From positions 1-56,338 of the forward strand of contig JBBSJL010000004.1 in NCBI GenBank assembly GCA_038257245.1: a stretch of DNA of 56,338 nucleotides, in the 5' to 3' direction. The notes beneath the pieces were generated by a model that saw nothing but the letters and a program-made list of their open reading frames with translations, searched no databases and was not told where the DNA came from. The translations under genes and the position numbers were made by a program. This DNA comes from Candidatus Saccharimonadales bacterium (GTDB lineage: Bacteria > Patescibacteriota > Saccharimonadia > Saccharimonadales > JACQNP01). Below are positions 1-7,543 of the stretch, in pieces. The stretch's first letter is position 1. Each line of letters begins with the position of its first letter.

Positions 1-451
1 AACTCATTTGCTGGCAGAGTGTAGTAGAGTTAGTCCTGCGCATGATTTCTTTGCTATTAGATTGAGACAGAATATTGAGACTACCGTCCCACAAGATTGA
101 ACCATCTATTATCGCTAACTTCCGGTGACGCATATCACTACAAACGTAAACTTTCACGCCGTTTTTCCTCAAGACCTTAATGGCTTTCCAGGCTTGAATC
201 TCTAAACGCTTACTGTGATGTTTTGGTTCTCTGGTGTTAACCCTGACTTTAATGCCACGCTTTGAGAGCTTTTTAAGCAGTTTGGAGAATTGTTTAGCTC
301 GTCTTTCAGTGAGATATGGACTTTCAATGATCACGTTCGCACTAGCGTCACTTAAGTCTCTAGCGAATGCTTGATAGAAAGTCTTCTCGTTAAACAGTTC
401 TGACTGAAGTAAGTCGCTGCCTGATACAGATTTTCTCTTTAGGCTAAACAT
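1..451 (-). CDS. PLD-like (HKD motif) nuclease/phospholipase D superfamily protein; 3' end cut by the window edge
   Basis: Hand translation of the minus strand from ATG at 451 gives MFSLKRKSVSGSDLL..VIIESPYLTERR..VYVCSDMRHRKLAIIDGSILWDGSLNILSQS. This carries the HxK(x4)D(x6)GSxN HKD signature. It is absent from the ORF track because no stop lies inside the window. Confidence 0.7.
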   Translation of the reverse strand, partial: MFSLKRKSVSGSDLLQSELFNEKTFYQAFARDLSDASANVIIESPYLTERRAKQFSKLLKKLSKRGIKVRVNTREPKHHSKRLEIQAWKAIKVLRKNGVKVYVCSDMRHRKLAIIDGSILWDGSLNILSQSNSKEIMRRTNSTTLCQQMS

Positions 452-584
452 TTTCCGACTCCTCAACAGACGAGTAGGTCATCACGCCATCAACTTCTGT
501 AATACCCAGCGCCTCAAGTTTCTTGTCTAACAGATCTAAATCGGCAAACAGGGTGTTCGACCCTGCACCCGTTAGGGTCACCAA
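444..584 (-). CDS. Mini-ORF 1 (46 codons from TTG): conserved N-part with a unique Ser/Thr/Glu-rich tail
   Basis: An AAGGTGG Shine-Dalgarno (594-600, minus) lies 9 nt upstream of TTG at 584. The stop overlaps the HKD gene start (ATGTTTAG). A paralog sits at 3393-3524, and most differences between them fall at third codon positions. The N-terminal part of the 87-aa track ORF is not conserved between copies. Confidence 0.4.
   Translation of the reverse strand: MVTLTGAGSNTLFADLDLLDKKLEALGITEVDGVMTYSSVEESENV
487..584. repeat. Direct repeat copy 1 (about 98 nt), paired with 3429-3527
   Basis: Manual alignment gives 14 mismatches in about 98 nt (about 86% identity), same orientation. The pair brackets a 2.8-kb two-gene cassette. 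Confidence 0.7.
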
Positions 585-673
585 TATAAATTGCCACCTT
601 GTGTGGCTATTTTTATTGGTGGATTCTTGAAGAGAATCTCGAACCCTCGGGTTCGTTCGTGAGCGTAGCGAAC

Positions 674-710
674 GGTCGCGATGCGACATTCCCCCTGGGA
701 TCACCAATTT
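674..710. repeat. 37-nt repeat copy A with palindromic core GTCGC-N3-GCGAC
   Basis: ggtcgcgatgcgacattccccctgggatcaccaattt matches 1668-1704 at 34 of 37 positions, same orientation. It is embedded among further perfect hairpins at 622-638 and 654-674. Confidence 0.6.
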
Positions 711-735
711 CAGGACTCAAGATTGTCTAGTATTT

Positions 736-1542
736 TTAAGCAGCCTCATTGGGAGGCTTTATTTCGTATTCTTTTTCAGCCGCGTCCGCTTTCTTTAGCA
801 AATACTTATAACCCCAGAAGTAACAAGGGATCATCACGAGCATGGTGGCGAGCAATACGAACTCCCAGGCGCTGTTTTCAATATCTTCATGACCTGTTAT
901 TTTCGCGAAACTTACGCTTAGAATAATGCCAAGTGCGGAGCCCACAATAACGGCTAGGGGGAGCACCGCAAAAGGGGTTATCAGCATCAAAATTATTCTT
1001 TTGACTTTATTGTGCGATCTAGTTCCCTCATCTGTTACTTGTCGCGTCGTGGAAGTACCCAGTGCTTTTAGTGTGCTGAGAAGATTCTTGCCTTCATTAG
1101 TTAAAATATTACGGTTCATGTAACGTCGTATACCGAACGATAAGACTGTTATGGCCGCCAAACCAAATAGTATAAAGCTGATAATTCCCCCGTTCAGCCG
1201 GGGATCTACAGAGCCTAATACGATAAAAACTATTCCATAGATTAAAGCAAGCACTGACACCGTTGCTACCGGCATGAGCAAAAGCCAAGCTATTCGCTTG
1301 GTCATTGGCTCAAATTGCACAAAACACTGGGCATCTTTAGTTGACAAAAGTACATACGGACGTAACCGAGAAGGCTTGCGATATGTTAAATTTCTCATTT
1401 TAGAACTGAAAACTATTTGACCATGTCGTTTATCTATAACTTTTAGAGAGTCTTTGCCAATTTCGAGTGTAGCTTTTTTGTGAGCGGAAAAAATAGTTGA
1501 TATGGGTTTATGAGAGGAATACACTTCTATTGGCTTATCCAT
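736..1542 (-). CDS. Hypothetical integral membrane protein (soluble N-terminal about 85 aa plus about 4 TM helices)
   Basis: 268-aa ORF with hydrophobic helices AWLLLMPVATVSVLALIYGIVFIVL, GGIISFILFGLAAITVLSF, IILMLITPFAVLPLAVIVGSALGIILSV and FVLLATMLVMIPCYFWGY. No catalytic motif is recognised. Confidence 0.65.
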   Translation of the reverse strand: MDKPIEVYSSHKPISTIFSAHKKATLEIGKDSLKVIDKRHGQIVFSSKMRNLTYRKPSRLRPYVLLSTKDAQCFVQFEPMTKRIAWLLLMPVATVSVLALIYGIVFIVLGSVDPRLNGGIISFILFGLAAITVLSFGIRRYMNRNILTNEGKNLLSTLKALGTSTTRQVTDEGTRSHNKVKRIILMLITPFAVLPLAVIVGSALGIILSVSFAKITGHEDIENSAWEFVLLATMLVMIPCYFWGYKYLLKKADAAEKEYEIKPPNEAA

Positions 1543-1667
1543 ACGACTAGCATATCATAATTTCAAGCTTTCAAAATAAGTGTACTAATCTCGGATGGAG
1601 GTCAATAAGCAGCCCGAACAAATCAAGCTCAGCAAGACGGTCATCGAGATCGAGCACGTGAGAAAGT

Positions 1668-1704
1668 GGTCGCGAAGCGACATTCCCCCCGAGATCACCA
1701 ATTT
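1668..1704. repeat. 37-nt repeat copy B with palindromic core GTCGC-N3-GCGAC; possible operator in a divergent promoter region
   Basis: ggtcgcgaagcgacattccccccgagatcaccaattt lies between the divergently transcribed membrane-protein and flavoprotein genes. Confidence 0.6.
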
Positions 1705-1739
1705 AGTTTTACAGAGTTCAAACAGTTCGAAGTTACTGA

Positions 1740-1748
1740 TGTTATGAT
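1740..1748 (+). promoter_or_regulatory. Extended -10 box (TGtTATGAT), 6 nt upstream of the flavoprotein ATG; implies a leaderless mRNA
   Basis: TGtTATGAT is followed by gaaata and then ATG at 1755. No SD is present. Confidence 0.35.
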
Positions 1749-1754
1749 GAAATA

Positions 1755-3404
1755 ATGAAAAAGGTTGCAATTTTTGGTGCCGGCATTGCCGGTTTAACCG
1801 TAGCTCATGAGCTTTCAAGGAAAGGCTATGAAGTAGATGTGTACGAAAGTAATCCTGATGCTGGTGGATTCTTCAGAAGCGCCATCCGCCCAGAAGACAA
1901 GAACACCCCATCAGAGTATTCCTGGCATGGCTTTGGACCTTGGTACCACAATGCTTATGAAATATTGAAGCAAATTCCTTTCGATGGTGACTCTTCTGTC
2001 TATGATCGATCACTATCCAGGCCTATATCGTACGGAGTTGTGCCAGACATAGTGCCGAAGGCATTCAACGAAAAATATGTGTTTAGTAGTCGTTTCGAAA
2101 TGCATAGCCTTGAGCGAGTTAGGTGGGGTTGGCTCATGCTCAAGACCTGGACGGCAAATCGCAGGAGCAACGAAGATTATGCACTCAGAAATGCCTCTGA
2201 AGCATGGAAGCCGGTTTTATCAACTCGTGCATGGAAAACATGGCGATCTGTGTTTGGACCATGGATCGGTTCTGACTGGACCCGTGTTTCCTTGCACCAT
2301 GTTGGGCTATTCTTCCGAAAGAATATATTCATAGGAAGAAAGCATTACCACCAAGCTGACGAAGAGGGTGAATCATGGGCTCAAGGCTCGCGGTGGCTAC
2401 TGATGCGCGGACCTAGTAGTGATTTCTGGTTTAAAAAATGGGTTAAACACTTGCAAAACAGTGGCGTAACCTTCCACTGGGAAACACCGCTAAAAGAGCT
2501 CTTGTATGATGGAAAGACTATTAGTGGTGCAGTGCTTTCATCAGGCAAAACAGTGACAGCAGACAAGTATGTCCTTGCGGTTAACCCTTTTGCTGCGGCT
2601 AAGATTATATCCAAGAACAGTCAGCTTGAAAAATTAGATCAGTTAAAACTCTTTAGGCCTCTAATTGCTGATGGGCCTCATACGCAGGTGTCATTCCAGA
2701 TAGCGTTCTCAGAAGAAGTTTCCTTGACGAGGCCAAGAAGTGCATATGTCTTATCGGACACAGAATTTGACATAACGCTATTTGCTCAAGAACAGGTTTG
2801 GGGAGAAGACTATCATTTGGGTAAAAACGTAAAATCTCTCTGGACAGGGACTATTTGCGCAGGAACCGTCCCAGGCAGAATCTACGGCCTGCCTGTAGAA
2901 AAATGCACCAAAGCCCAATTTATCAAAGAAATTAAAGCACAGATTTTTGACTGTGAAGGGCTCAACTACTTAATAAAGCAAGCTAATGGGGGGCGAGAAC
3001 TCAAAGACTTCAAAATTGAGCGAATCCAGGTCTGGCATGAGTGGAATTTCTCACCTGAAGGCATTGAGCCAAAGCAACCCAAATGGGTTACGTCTTACAA
3101 CACACAACCTTATATACCTACGCAGTCCACACCCATGGAAAACTTGATTTTAGCAGGGGCTCATACTAAAACAGACGCCGACATTTGGAGTATAGAAGGG
3201 GCAGTAGAGAGCGGTAGGCGTGCAGCTAAGATTATTGACCCAAGCGTAAAAGTGATTAATGGATACAAACCAATGTTGCTGAGGGCCGTAGCAACGGTCG
3301 ATGATTTAATTTTCCGCGCACGACTACCGCATGTGCTAGATTTGATCTTAGCCGGTGCAACTTTAAGTTTAATAGTATTTCTAGTACTCAGGCTATTTGC
3401 TTGA
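1755..3404 (+). CDS. FAD/NAD(P)-binding oxidoreductase (amine-oxidase/phytoene-desaturase-like) with a C-terminal membrane anchor
   Basis: The N-terminal dinucleotide-binding fold is KVAIFGAGIAGLTVAHELSRKGYEVDVYESNPDAGG. At 549 aa it fits this flavoprotein class. The C-terminal hydrophobic helix is LILAGATLSLIVFLVLRLF. Confidence 0.75.
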   Translation: MKKVAIFGAGIAGLTVAHELSRKGYEVDVYESNPDAGGFFRSAIRPEDKNTPSEYSWHGFGPWYHNAYEILKQIPFDGDSSVYDRSLSRPISYGVVPDIVPKAFNEKYVFSSRFEMHSLERVRWGWLMLKTWTANRRSNEDYALRNASEAWKPVLSTRAWKTWRSVFGPWIGSDWTRVSLHHVGLFFRKNIFIGRKHYHQADEEGESWAQGSRWLLMRGPSSDFWFKKWVKHLQNSGVTFHWETPLKELLYDGKTISGAVLSSGKTVTADKYVLAVNPFAAAKIISKNSQLEKLDQLKLFRPLIADGPHTQVSFQIAFSEEVSLTRPRSAYVLSDTEFDITLFAQEQVWGEDYHLGKNVKSLWTGTICAGTVPGRIYGLPVEKCTKAQFIKEIKAQIFDCEGLNYLIKQANGGRELKDFKIERIQVWHEWNFSPEGIEPKQPKWVTSYNTQPYIPTQSTPMENLILAGAHTKTDADIWSIEGAVESGRRAAKIIDPSVKVINGYKPMLLRAVATVDDLIFRARLPHVLDLILAGATLSLIVFLVLRLFA

Positions 3405-3524
3405 ACTTGTAGGCCTATAGGCCATCCCCCCATCTATTTCTGTAATCCCTAGTTCTTCCAGCTTCTTGTCTAACGGATCTAAATCAGCAAACAGAGTGTT
3501 CGACCCTGCACCCGTTAGGCTCAC
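3393..3524 (-). CDS. Mini-ORF 2 (43 codons from GTG), paralog of 444-584; possibly a decayed copy
   Basis: It encodes VSLTGAGSNTLFADLDPLDKKLEELGITEIDGGMAYRPTSSSK. The first 32 aa are conserved with mini-ORF 1 and the tail is unrelated. There is no clear SD or promoter, and it lies between the flavoprotein stop and its terminator. Confidence 0.3.
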   Translation of the reverse strand: MSLTGAGSNTLFADLDPLDKKLEELGITEIDGGMAYRPTSSSK

Positions 3525-3527
3525 CAG
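3429..3527. repeat. Direct repeat copy 2 (about 98 nt), paired with 487-584
   Basis: See copy 1; manual alignment gives about 86% identity. Confidence 0.7.
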
Positions 3528-3554
3528 TAGCCAGTTCTGTAATTCAACAGATAC

Positions 3555-3585
3555 AAAAAAGTTCCATGATTTATGGGACTTTTTT
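3555..3585. terminator. Bidirectional rho-independent terminator hairpin
   Basis: The structure is AAAAAA-GTTCCAT-gattt-ATGGGAC-TTTTTT, an 8-bp stem including one G.U pair, flanked by an A-run and a T-run. Confidence 0.6.
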
Positions 3586-3711
3586 GATTTATGACAGATA
3601 TTATGTATCTCATCTGTAAATTGGTGTTCTATTCCCATAGGGCGCATGAGATAGATTTATATAAAACTAGATCTTGCAACTTTATATAGTTTGTGGTAAC
3701 ATTATAAAGTT

Positions 3712-4635
3712 ATGAAACACACTGATCAGTTAGTATCTATTCAAAAAGCCTCCGGCTTGTCACAAGAACGGCTAGCCGCGCGGCTTGATGTTAGCTTTGC
3801 TACGCTTAACTCATGGATCAATGGTCGCTCTCAGCCTCGCACTACAGCACGGGGGCGAATCAACCAACTCTATCTGGAAACAATAGGCGCTGAAGACGTT
3901 AATGAACAAACCTTGCATATCGCAAAGAAAGCAGCATCAGGTCTTAAAGCAACTGCAAACACCATCTCCACCAACAAAGACCATCTGGACAAGCTGACGC
4001 TCTATCTTACATATCATACCAACACCATAGAAGGCAGCACGATGACACTGGCTGACGTTGAAGACGTTCTTTTTGACCATAAAGTCTTGTCAAACCGTAC
4101 AGCCATTGAGCAGACCGAAGCTCGCAATCATCAGGTAGCACTGCATTGGCTACTGGATGAGTTGATCAATAAAGGTAAAGATTTTAAAATTGACGAATCC
4201 TTTATTCTTAACTTACATCTTCGACTAATGAACAGTATTGTTGGTGATGCTGGACAGTATCGAAAGCATCCAGTTAGGATTATGGGAGCACATGTACCGC
4301 TTGCTAATTGGCAAAAGGTACCGAATCTAGTCCAAGATATGACAAAAGAGCTTGGCAAATCTCACAGAGATACGATTGCACTGATTGCCGCAACTCATGC
4401 TCGTTTTGAGCAAATTCATCCATTTAGTGATGGCAACGGTCGTACAGGCAGATTAATAATGCTTGCTCAAGCTTTGCATGCCGGCCTAATACCACCGCTG
4501 GTTGTAAAAGAACGCCGCTTTGCCTACTACAAGTACCTAGAATTCGCACAAACAAAAGATAACCTCAAGCCACTCGAACTATTTGTTGCCGAATCTATTC
4601 AGTTCACAGCCAAAATACTAAATAGAGTGTCTTAA
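3712..4635 (+). CDS. HTH (XRE-type) - Fic domain protein (putative AMPylase)
   Basis: The N-terminal HTH is SQERLAARLDVSFATLNSWINGRSQP. TNTIEG matches the (S/T)xxxE(G/N) inhibitory-helix-like motif. The Fic active-site motif is HPFSDGNGRTGR. Confidence 0.85.
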   Translation: MKHTDQLVSIQKASGLSQERLAARLDVSFATLNSWINGRSQPRTTARGRINQLYLETIGAEDVNEQTLHIAKKAASGLKATANTISTNKDHLDKLTLYLTYHTNTIEGSTMTLADVEDVLFDHKVLSNRTAIEQTEARNHQVALHWLLDELINKGKDFKIDESFILNLHLRLMNSIVGDAGQYRKHPVRIMGAHVPLANWQKVPNLVQDMTKELGKSHRDTIALIAATHARFEQIHPFSDGNGRTGRLIMLAQALHAGLIPPLVVKERRFAYYKYLEFAQTKDNLKPLELFVAESIQFTAKILNRVS

Positions 4636-4656
4636 TAGTGCACGGAGTCGGATCAA

Positions 4657-5076
4657 TTACTGATTCATTAGTTTATCTGGATCAATATTGAATTGATCAA
4701 CAAAGAGACCAAAAAAATTCATGTCAGTAATTTGTGCGTGTTTATTCGTGATAAATCCTAGTGTTTGCAGAAGAGCGTATATGTCGTTATTTTGTCTGCC
4801 TGGATCTGCAATAAAGTACATATCTTCGTAATTTATCTTAATTTTATTTACATACAAATCCGTCGACTCAAGTTTAAAATTATTTGAACTAGTTCGTTGC
4901 ACAATCTCACACTTTTTATTTATTTGCAGTACTTCACCTGATTCTAGTAAAACAAACATTTGTAACCTAGACGATAATTTGAGCATAAATATTGATTTGC
5001 CAAATAAGCCATACCCGGATGTGGCTATTACGGTTTTTTGTTTATCTGCTAATATGTTTTGTGTTTCGGGATTCAT
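4657..5076 (-). CDS. Hypothetical protein (139 aa)
   Basis: Clean ORF convergent with the Fic gene. No motif is recognised. Confidence 0.5.
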   Translation of the reverse strand: MNPETQNILADKQKTVIATSGYGLFGKSIFMLKLSSRLQMFVLLESGEVLQINKKCEIVQRTSSNNFKLESTDLYVNKIKINYEDMYFIADPGRQNNDIYALLQTLGFITNKHAQITDMNFFGLFVDQFNIDPDKLMNQ

Positions 5077-5394
5077 TTTTTTACGCTGTTAGATAGTAGT
5101 TACTATAACCCATAGTTGCACACTGTCAAAGTCTTAGATAGCTAAGCTAGCCTGCGCCGGCCGTCTCTTGATATTCAGACTTACCGGCACCTCACTGAGT
5201 TTTATTCGTTGATGTTTAGTAAGACGAGAGTACGCCTCTGCCTATTTGTTGGTTAGTACAACTAGTTTAGCGAATGTGTCCAAGATGTATGGGAGTCGGA
5301 TAGGATGGGGGACAACAATATTGACAGTGTATGCCAAATCATGTAATAATAAAGCTATATAACACTGACATTTAAAGGCTAAATTATACAAACC

Positions 5395-5979
5395 ATGACC
5401 GAAATAATGACCAACTACGAATTTATTGAAAAACACACATGTAAAATGTACCTAATAGGGTCTTTCGTTTTACCTCACGAAGTCAATGTAATCCAGCTCC
5501 TTCAAGAAGGTCAGGATGCTGAATATAAACAGCTAGTAGCGCAAATGAATGCTGTCGAAGGTGATGGCGATATGAGAGATAATCCCCACAGAACGACCAA
5601 CAATGAAGTCAGTAGAATTAATGAGGCAGTTGAGTCATTGGCAAAATTTAAGATGACAACAGTAGTAGACTACCCAAAAGCTACCGAACAAAGAACTACT
5701 ATTGGCAGCAGGGTTCGCTTAGCACACAAATCAGATGGTGAAGAGAGCATGCTAGACATAGTTGGGTTCAGACTGGGATATCCACGAGGCGTTATTGATC
5801 CTCTTAGCAGCGAAGAAGTCACGGCTTTATCATTAGAATCACCTGTTTCGCAAGCTATCTTAGGCTATGAGGCAGGCATTGAGCGTTCATTCCAGACCAC
5901 AAGTGGAGCAACAGAAATTGTAAGAATAATAAGCGTAGATCAGCTAGCAGTAGCTGAACAATTCACTCAAGACAACTAG
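5395..5979 (+). CDS. GreA/GreB-family transcript-cleavage-factor-like protein
   Basis: GDGDMRDNPHRTTNNEVSRINEAVESL resembles the GDxxEN..Y coiled-coil tip region. The C-terminal IGSRVRL...IVGF...LSLESPVSQAILGYEAGIE...VRIISV resembles the Gre C-terminal domain. The start is uncertain. Confidence 0.55.
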   Translation: MTEIMTNYEFIEKHTCKMYLIGSFVLPHEVNVIQLLQEGQDAEYKQLVAQMNAVEGDGDMRDNPHRTTNNEVSRINEAVESLAKFKMTTVVDYPKATEQRTTIGSRVRLAHKSDGEESMLDIVGFRLGYPRGVIDPLSSEEVTALSLESPVSQAILGYEAGIERSFQTTSGATEIVRIISVDQLAVAEQFTQDN

Positions 5980-6096
5980 CCCATCAATATCGCCATCAAA
6001 AGTACCCCCCCTTTTTTGGTATTTTTGACTACCACTATCTATAATAAATTTTGCCCTTGAAACAGATAAGCATAAGAGGGTAAACTATTAATTGAA

Positions 6097-7533
6097 ATGA
6101 GTAGCACTTCGAAGAAACCGAATGTGCCGGTGGGACAGTTCAAGAGAACAAAGATTATTGCAACAGTCGGTCCGGCAACTAATAGTTATGAGATGATCTT
6201 AAAGATGGTCAAAGCAGGGGTCGATGGGTTTCGACTAAATTTTAGTCACGGTACCCAAAATGAACAGGCCCAACAAATAAAATGGATACGTGCTGCCGAA
6301 TCTGAGTGTGGATGCACCGTAGCTATTATTCAAGATTTGCAGGGTCCAAAGATACGTCTTGGCGATTTTGATGGAATTATTAATGTAGTAAAAGGCCAGA
6401 GTTTGGCGTTTAAATACAAGGCTGACTACGAAAGATCAAAGATCATTCCTACCCAGTATGATTTATCAAAAAAGGTCAAAAGGGGCGAAAGCCTATTACT
6501 TCTTGATGGCAAGATAAAAACTGAAGTTACGAGCGTGAAAGACGGGGTTGTTCATGTTAGGTCAACAGGCTCAGGAATATTGGTGAAACGAAAAGGTATA
6601 AATTTGCCTGATACTGATTTTGCAGGAGATGTAATTACAGCAAAAGATAAGAAAGACATTGCGTTTGGGTCTACCCAAGAAGTAGATTATGTTGCCCAGA
6701 GCTTTGTCCAAAACGTTAAAGATGTTGAGCAACTCAGAAGGTTGCTAACCAACGTCGGTAGTAAGGCCAAAATCATTGCAAAAATAGAAACTAAGTCAGC
6801 GGTTGAAAATATCGAGGATATTGTTAAAGAATCGGATATGGTCATGGTTGCCCGGGGAGATTTAGCCACAGAAACGCCACCAGAGTCAGTCCCGATCGTA
6901 CAAAGAAAGATAGTTGGACTAGGGCAACACTACGCAACGCCAACAATTGTAGCTACCCAGATGCTGCTGAGTATGACTGATTCTACTGAACCAACCAGGG
7001 CTGAAGTTGCCGACGTTGCCTCATCGGTAATAATTGGTGCAGACGCAGTAATGTTGAGCGAAGAAACGGCGGTCGGCAAATACCCAATCGAATCAATAAG
7101 CATGATGAATAAAATTATCATGTACACCCAGGACAATGCTCCACTTAAGGTTCAATATCCTATTTACCCAGACACCCCTAGCCGCCAGGACGCTATTTGC
7201 GATGCCTTGATTGGGCTGGCCGATAGCACTAAGGCTAAGGCTATTGTTGCTGAGACATCCACGGGTGCCACAGCAATTAACCTTTCTGCTCGTCGCCCAT
7301 TGGGTGCAATCATTGCTGTAACCAATAACCCCCATGTTTCTAATCAGCTAGCCCTAGTTTACGGTATCAAATCGTATGTTAGACCAGTTGATGTCAAAGC
7401 CGCTACCAAATTAACTAACTGGCTATTGGTTACTAATGTTTTGAAAAAAGGCGATATTATTGTTTCGGCATTAGGTAAACACCCTGGAGTTGTCGGTTCG
7501 ACAGATACTATTAAAATTAGGATGCTTGAGTAG
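6097..7533 (+). CDS. pyk: Pyruvate kinase
   Basis: KRTKIIATVGPAT...GVDGFRLNFSHG, IAKIETKSAV, MVARGDLA and a 478-aa length all fit pyruvate kinase. Confidence 0.9.
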   Translation: MSSTSKKPNVPVGQFKRTKIIATVGPATNSYEMILKMVKAGVDGFRLNFSHGTQNEQAQQIKWIRAAESECGCTVAIIQDLQGPKIRLGDFDGIINVVKGQSLAFKYKADYERSKIIPTQYDLSKKVKRGESLLLLDGKIKTEVTSVKDGVVHVRSTGSGILVKRKGINLPDTDFAGDVITAKDKKDIAFGSTQEVDYVAQSFVQNVKDVEQLRRLLTNVGSKAKIIAKIETKSAVENIEDIVKESDMVMVARGDLATETPPESVPIVQRKIVGLGQHYATPTIVATQMLLSMTDSTEPTRAEVADVASSVIIGADAVMLSEETAVGKYPIESISMMNKIIMYTQDNAPLKVQYPIYPDTPSRQDAICDALIGLADSTKAKAIVAETSTGATAINLSARRPLGAIIAVTNNPHVSNQLALVYGIKSYVRPVDVKAATKLTNWLLVTNVLKKGDIIVSALGKHPGVVGSTDTIKIRMLE

Positions 7534-7543
7534 TAGGCAATAT

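Noticed and set aside
549-565. A tRNA-like T-arm (minus strand CAGGG-TCGAACA-CCCTG) lies inside repeat copy 1. Nearby, at about 616-645, the minus strand reads ..GGTTCGAGATTCTCTTCAAGAATCCACCA. This suggested a tRNA gene or a tRNA 3'-end att site.
   Set aside because: I could not fold either region into a complete cloverleaf. There is no matching 7-bp acceptor stem, no D-arm and no anticodon arm at the correct spacing. The T-arm-like hairpin is better explained as part of the conserved mini-ORF. I report no tRNA.
1585-1818. A 77-aa minus-strand ORF spans the divergent promoter region and the flavoprotein start. In addition, the long N-terminal extensions of the 87-aa (444-707) and 84-aa (3393-3647) ORFs were considered.
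   Set aside because: The extensions are not conserved between the two copies. They run through hairpin elements and a terminator (3555-3585) and through the 37-nt repeat. Only the conserved C-terminal 43-46 codons are plausible coding sequence.
487-3527. The two 98-nt repeats considered as the template/variable repeat pair of a diversity-generating retroelement.
   Set aside because: The mismatches are not adenine-specific; C/T, G/A, T/G and other changes occur in both directions. No reverse transcriptase gene is present in the window.
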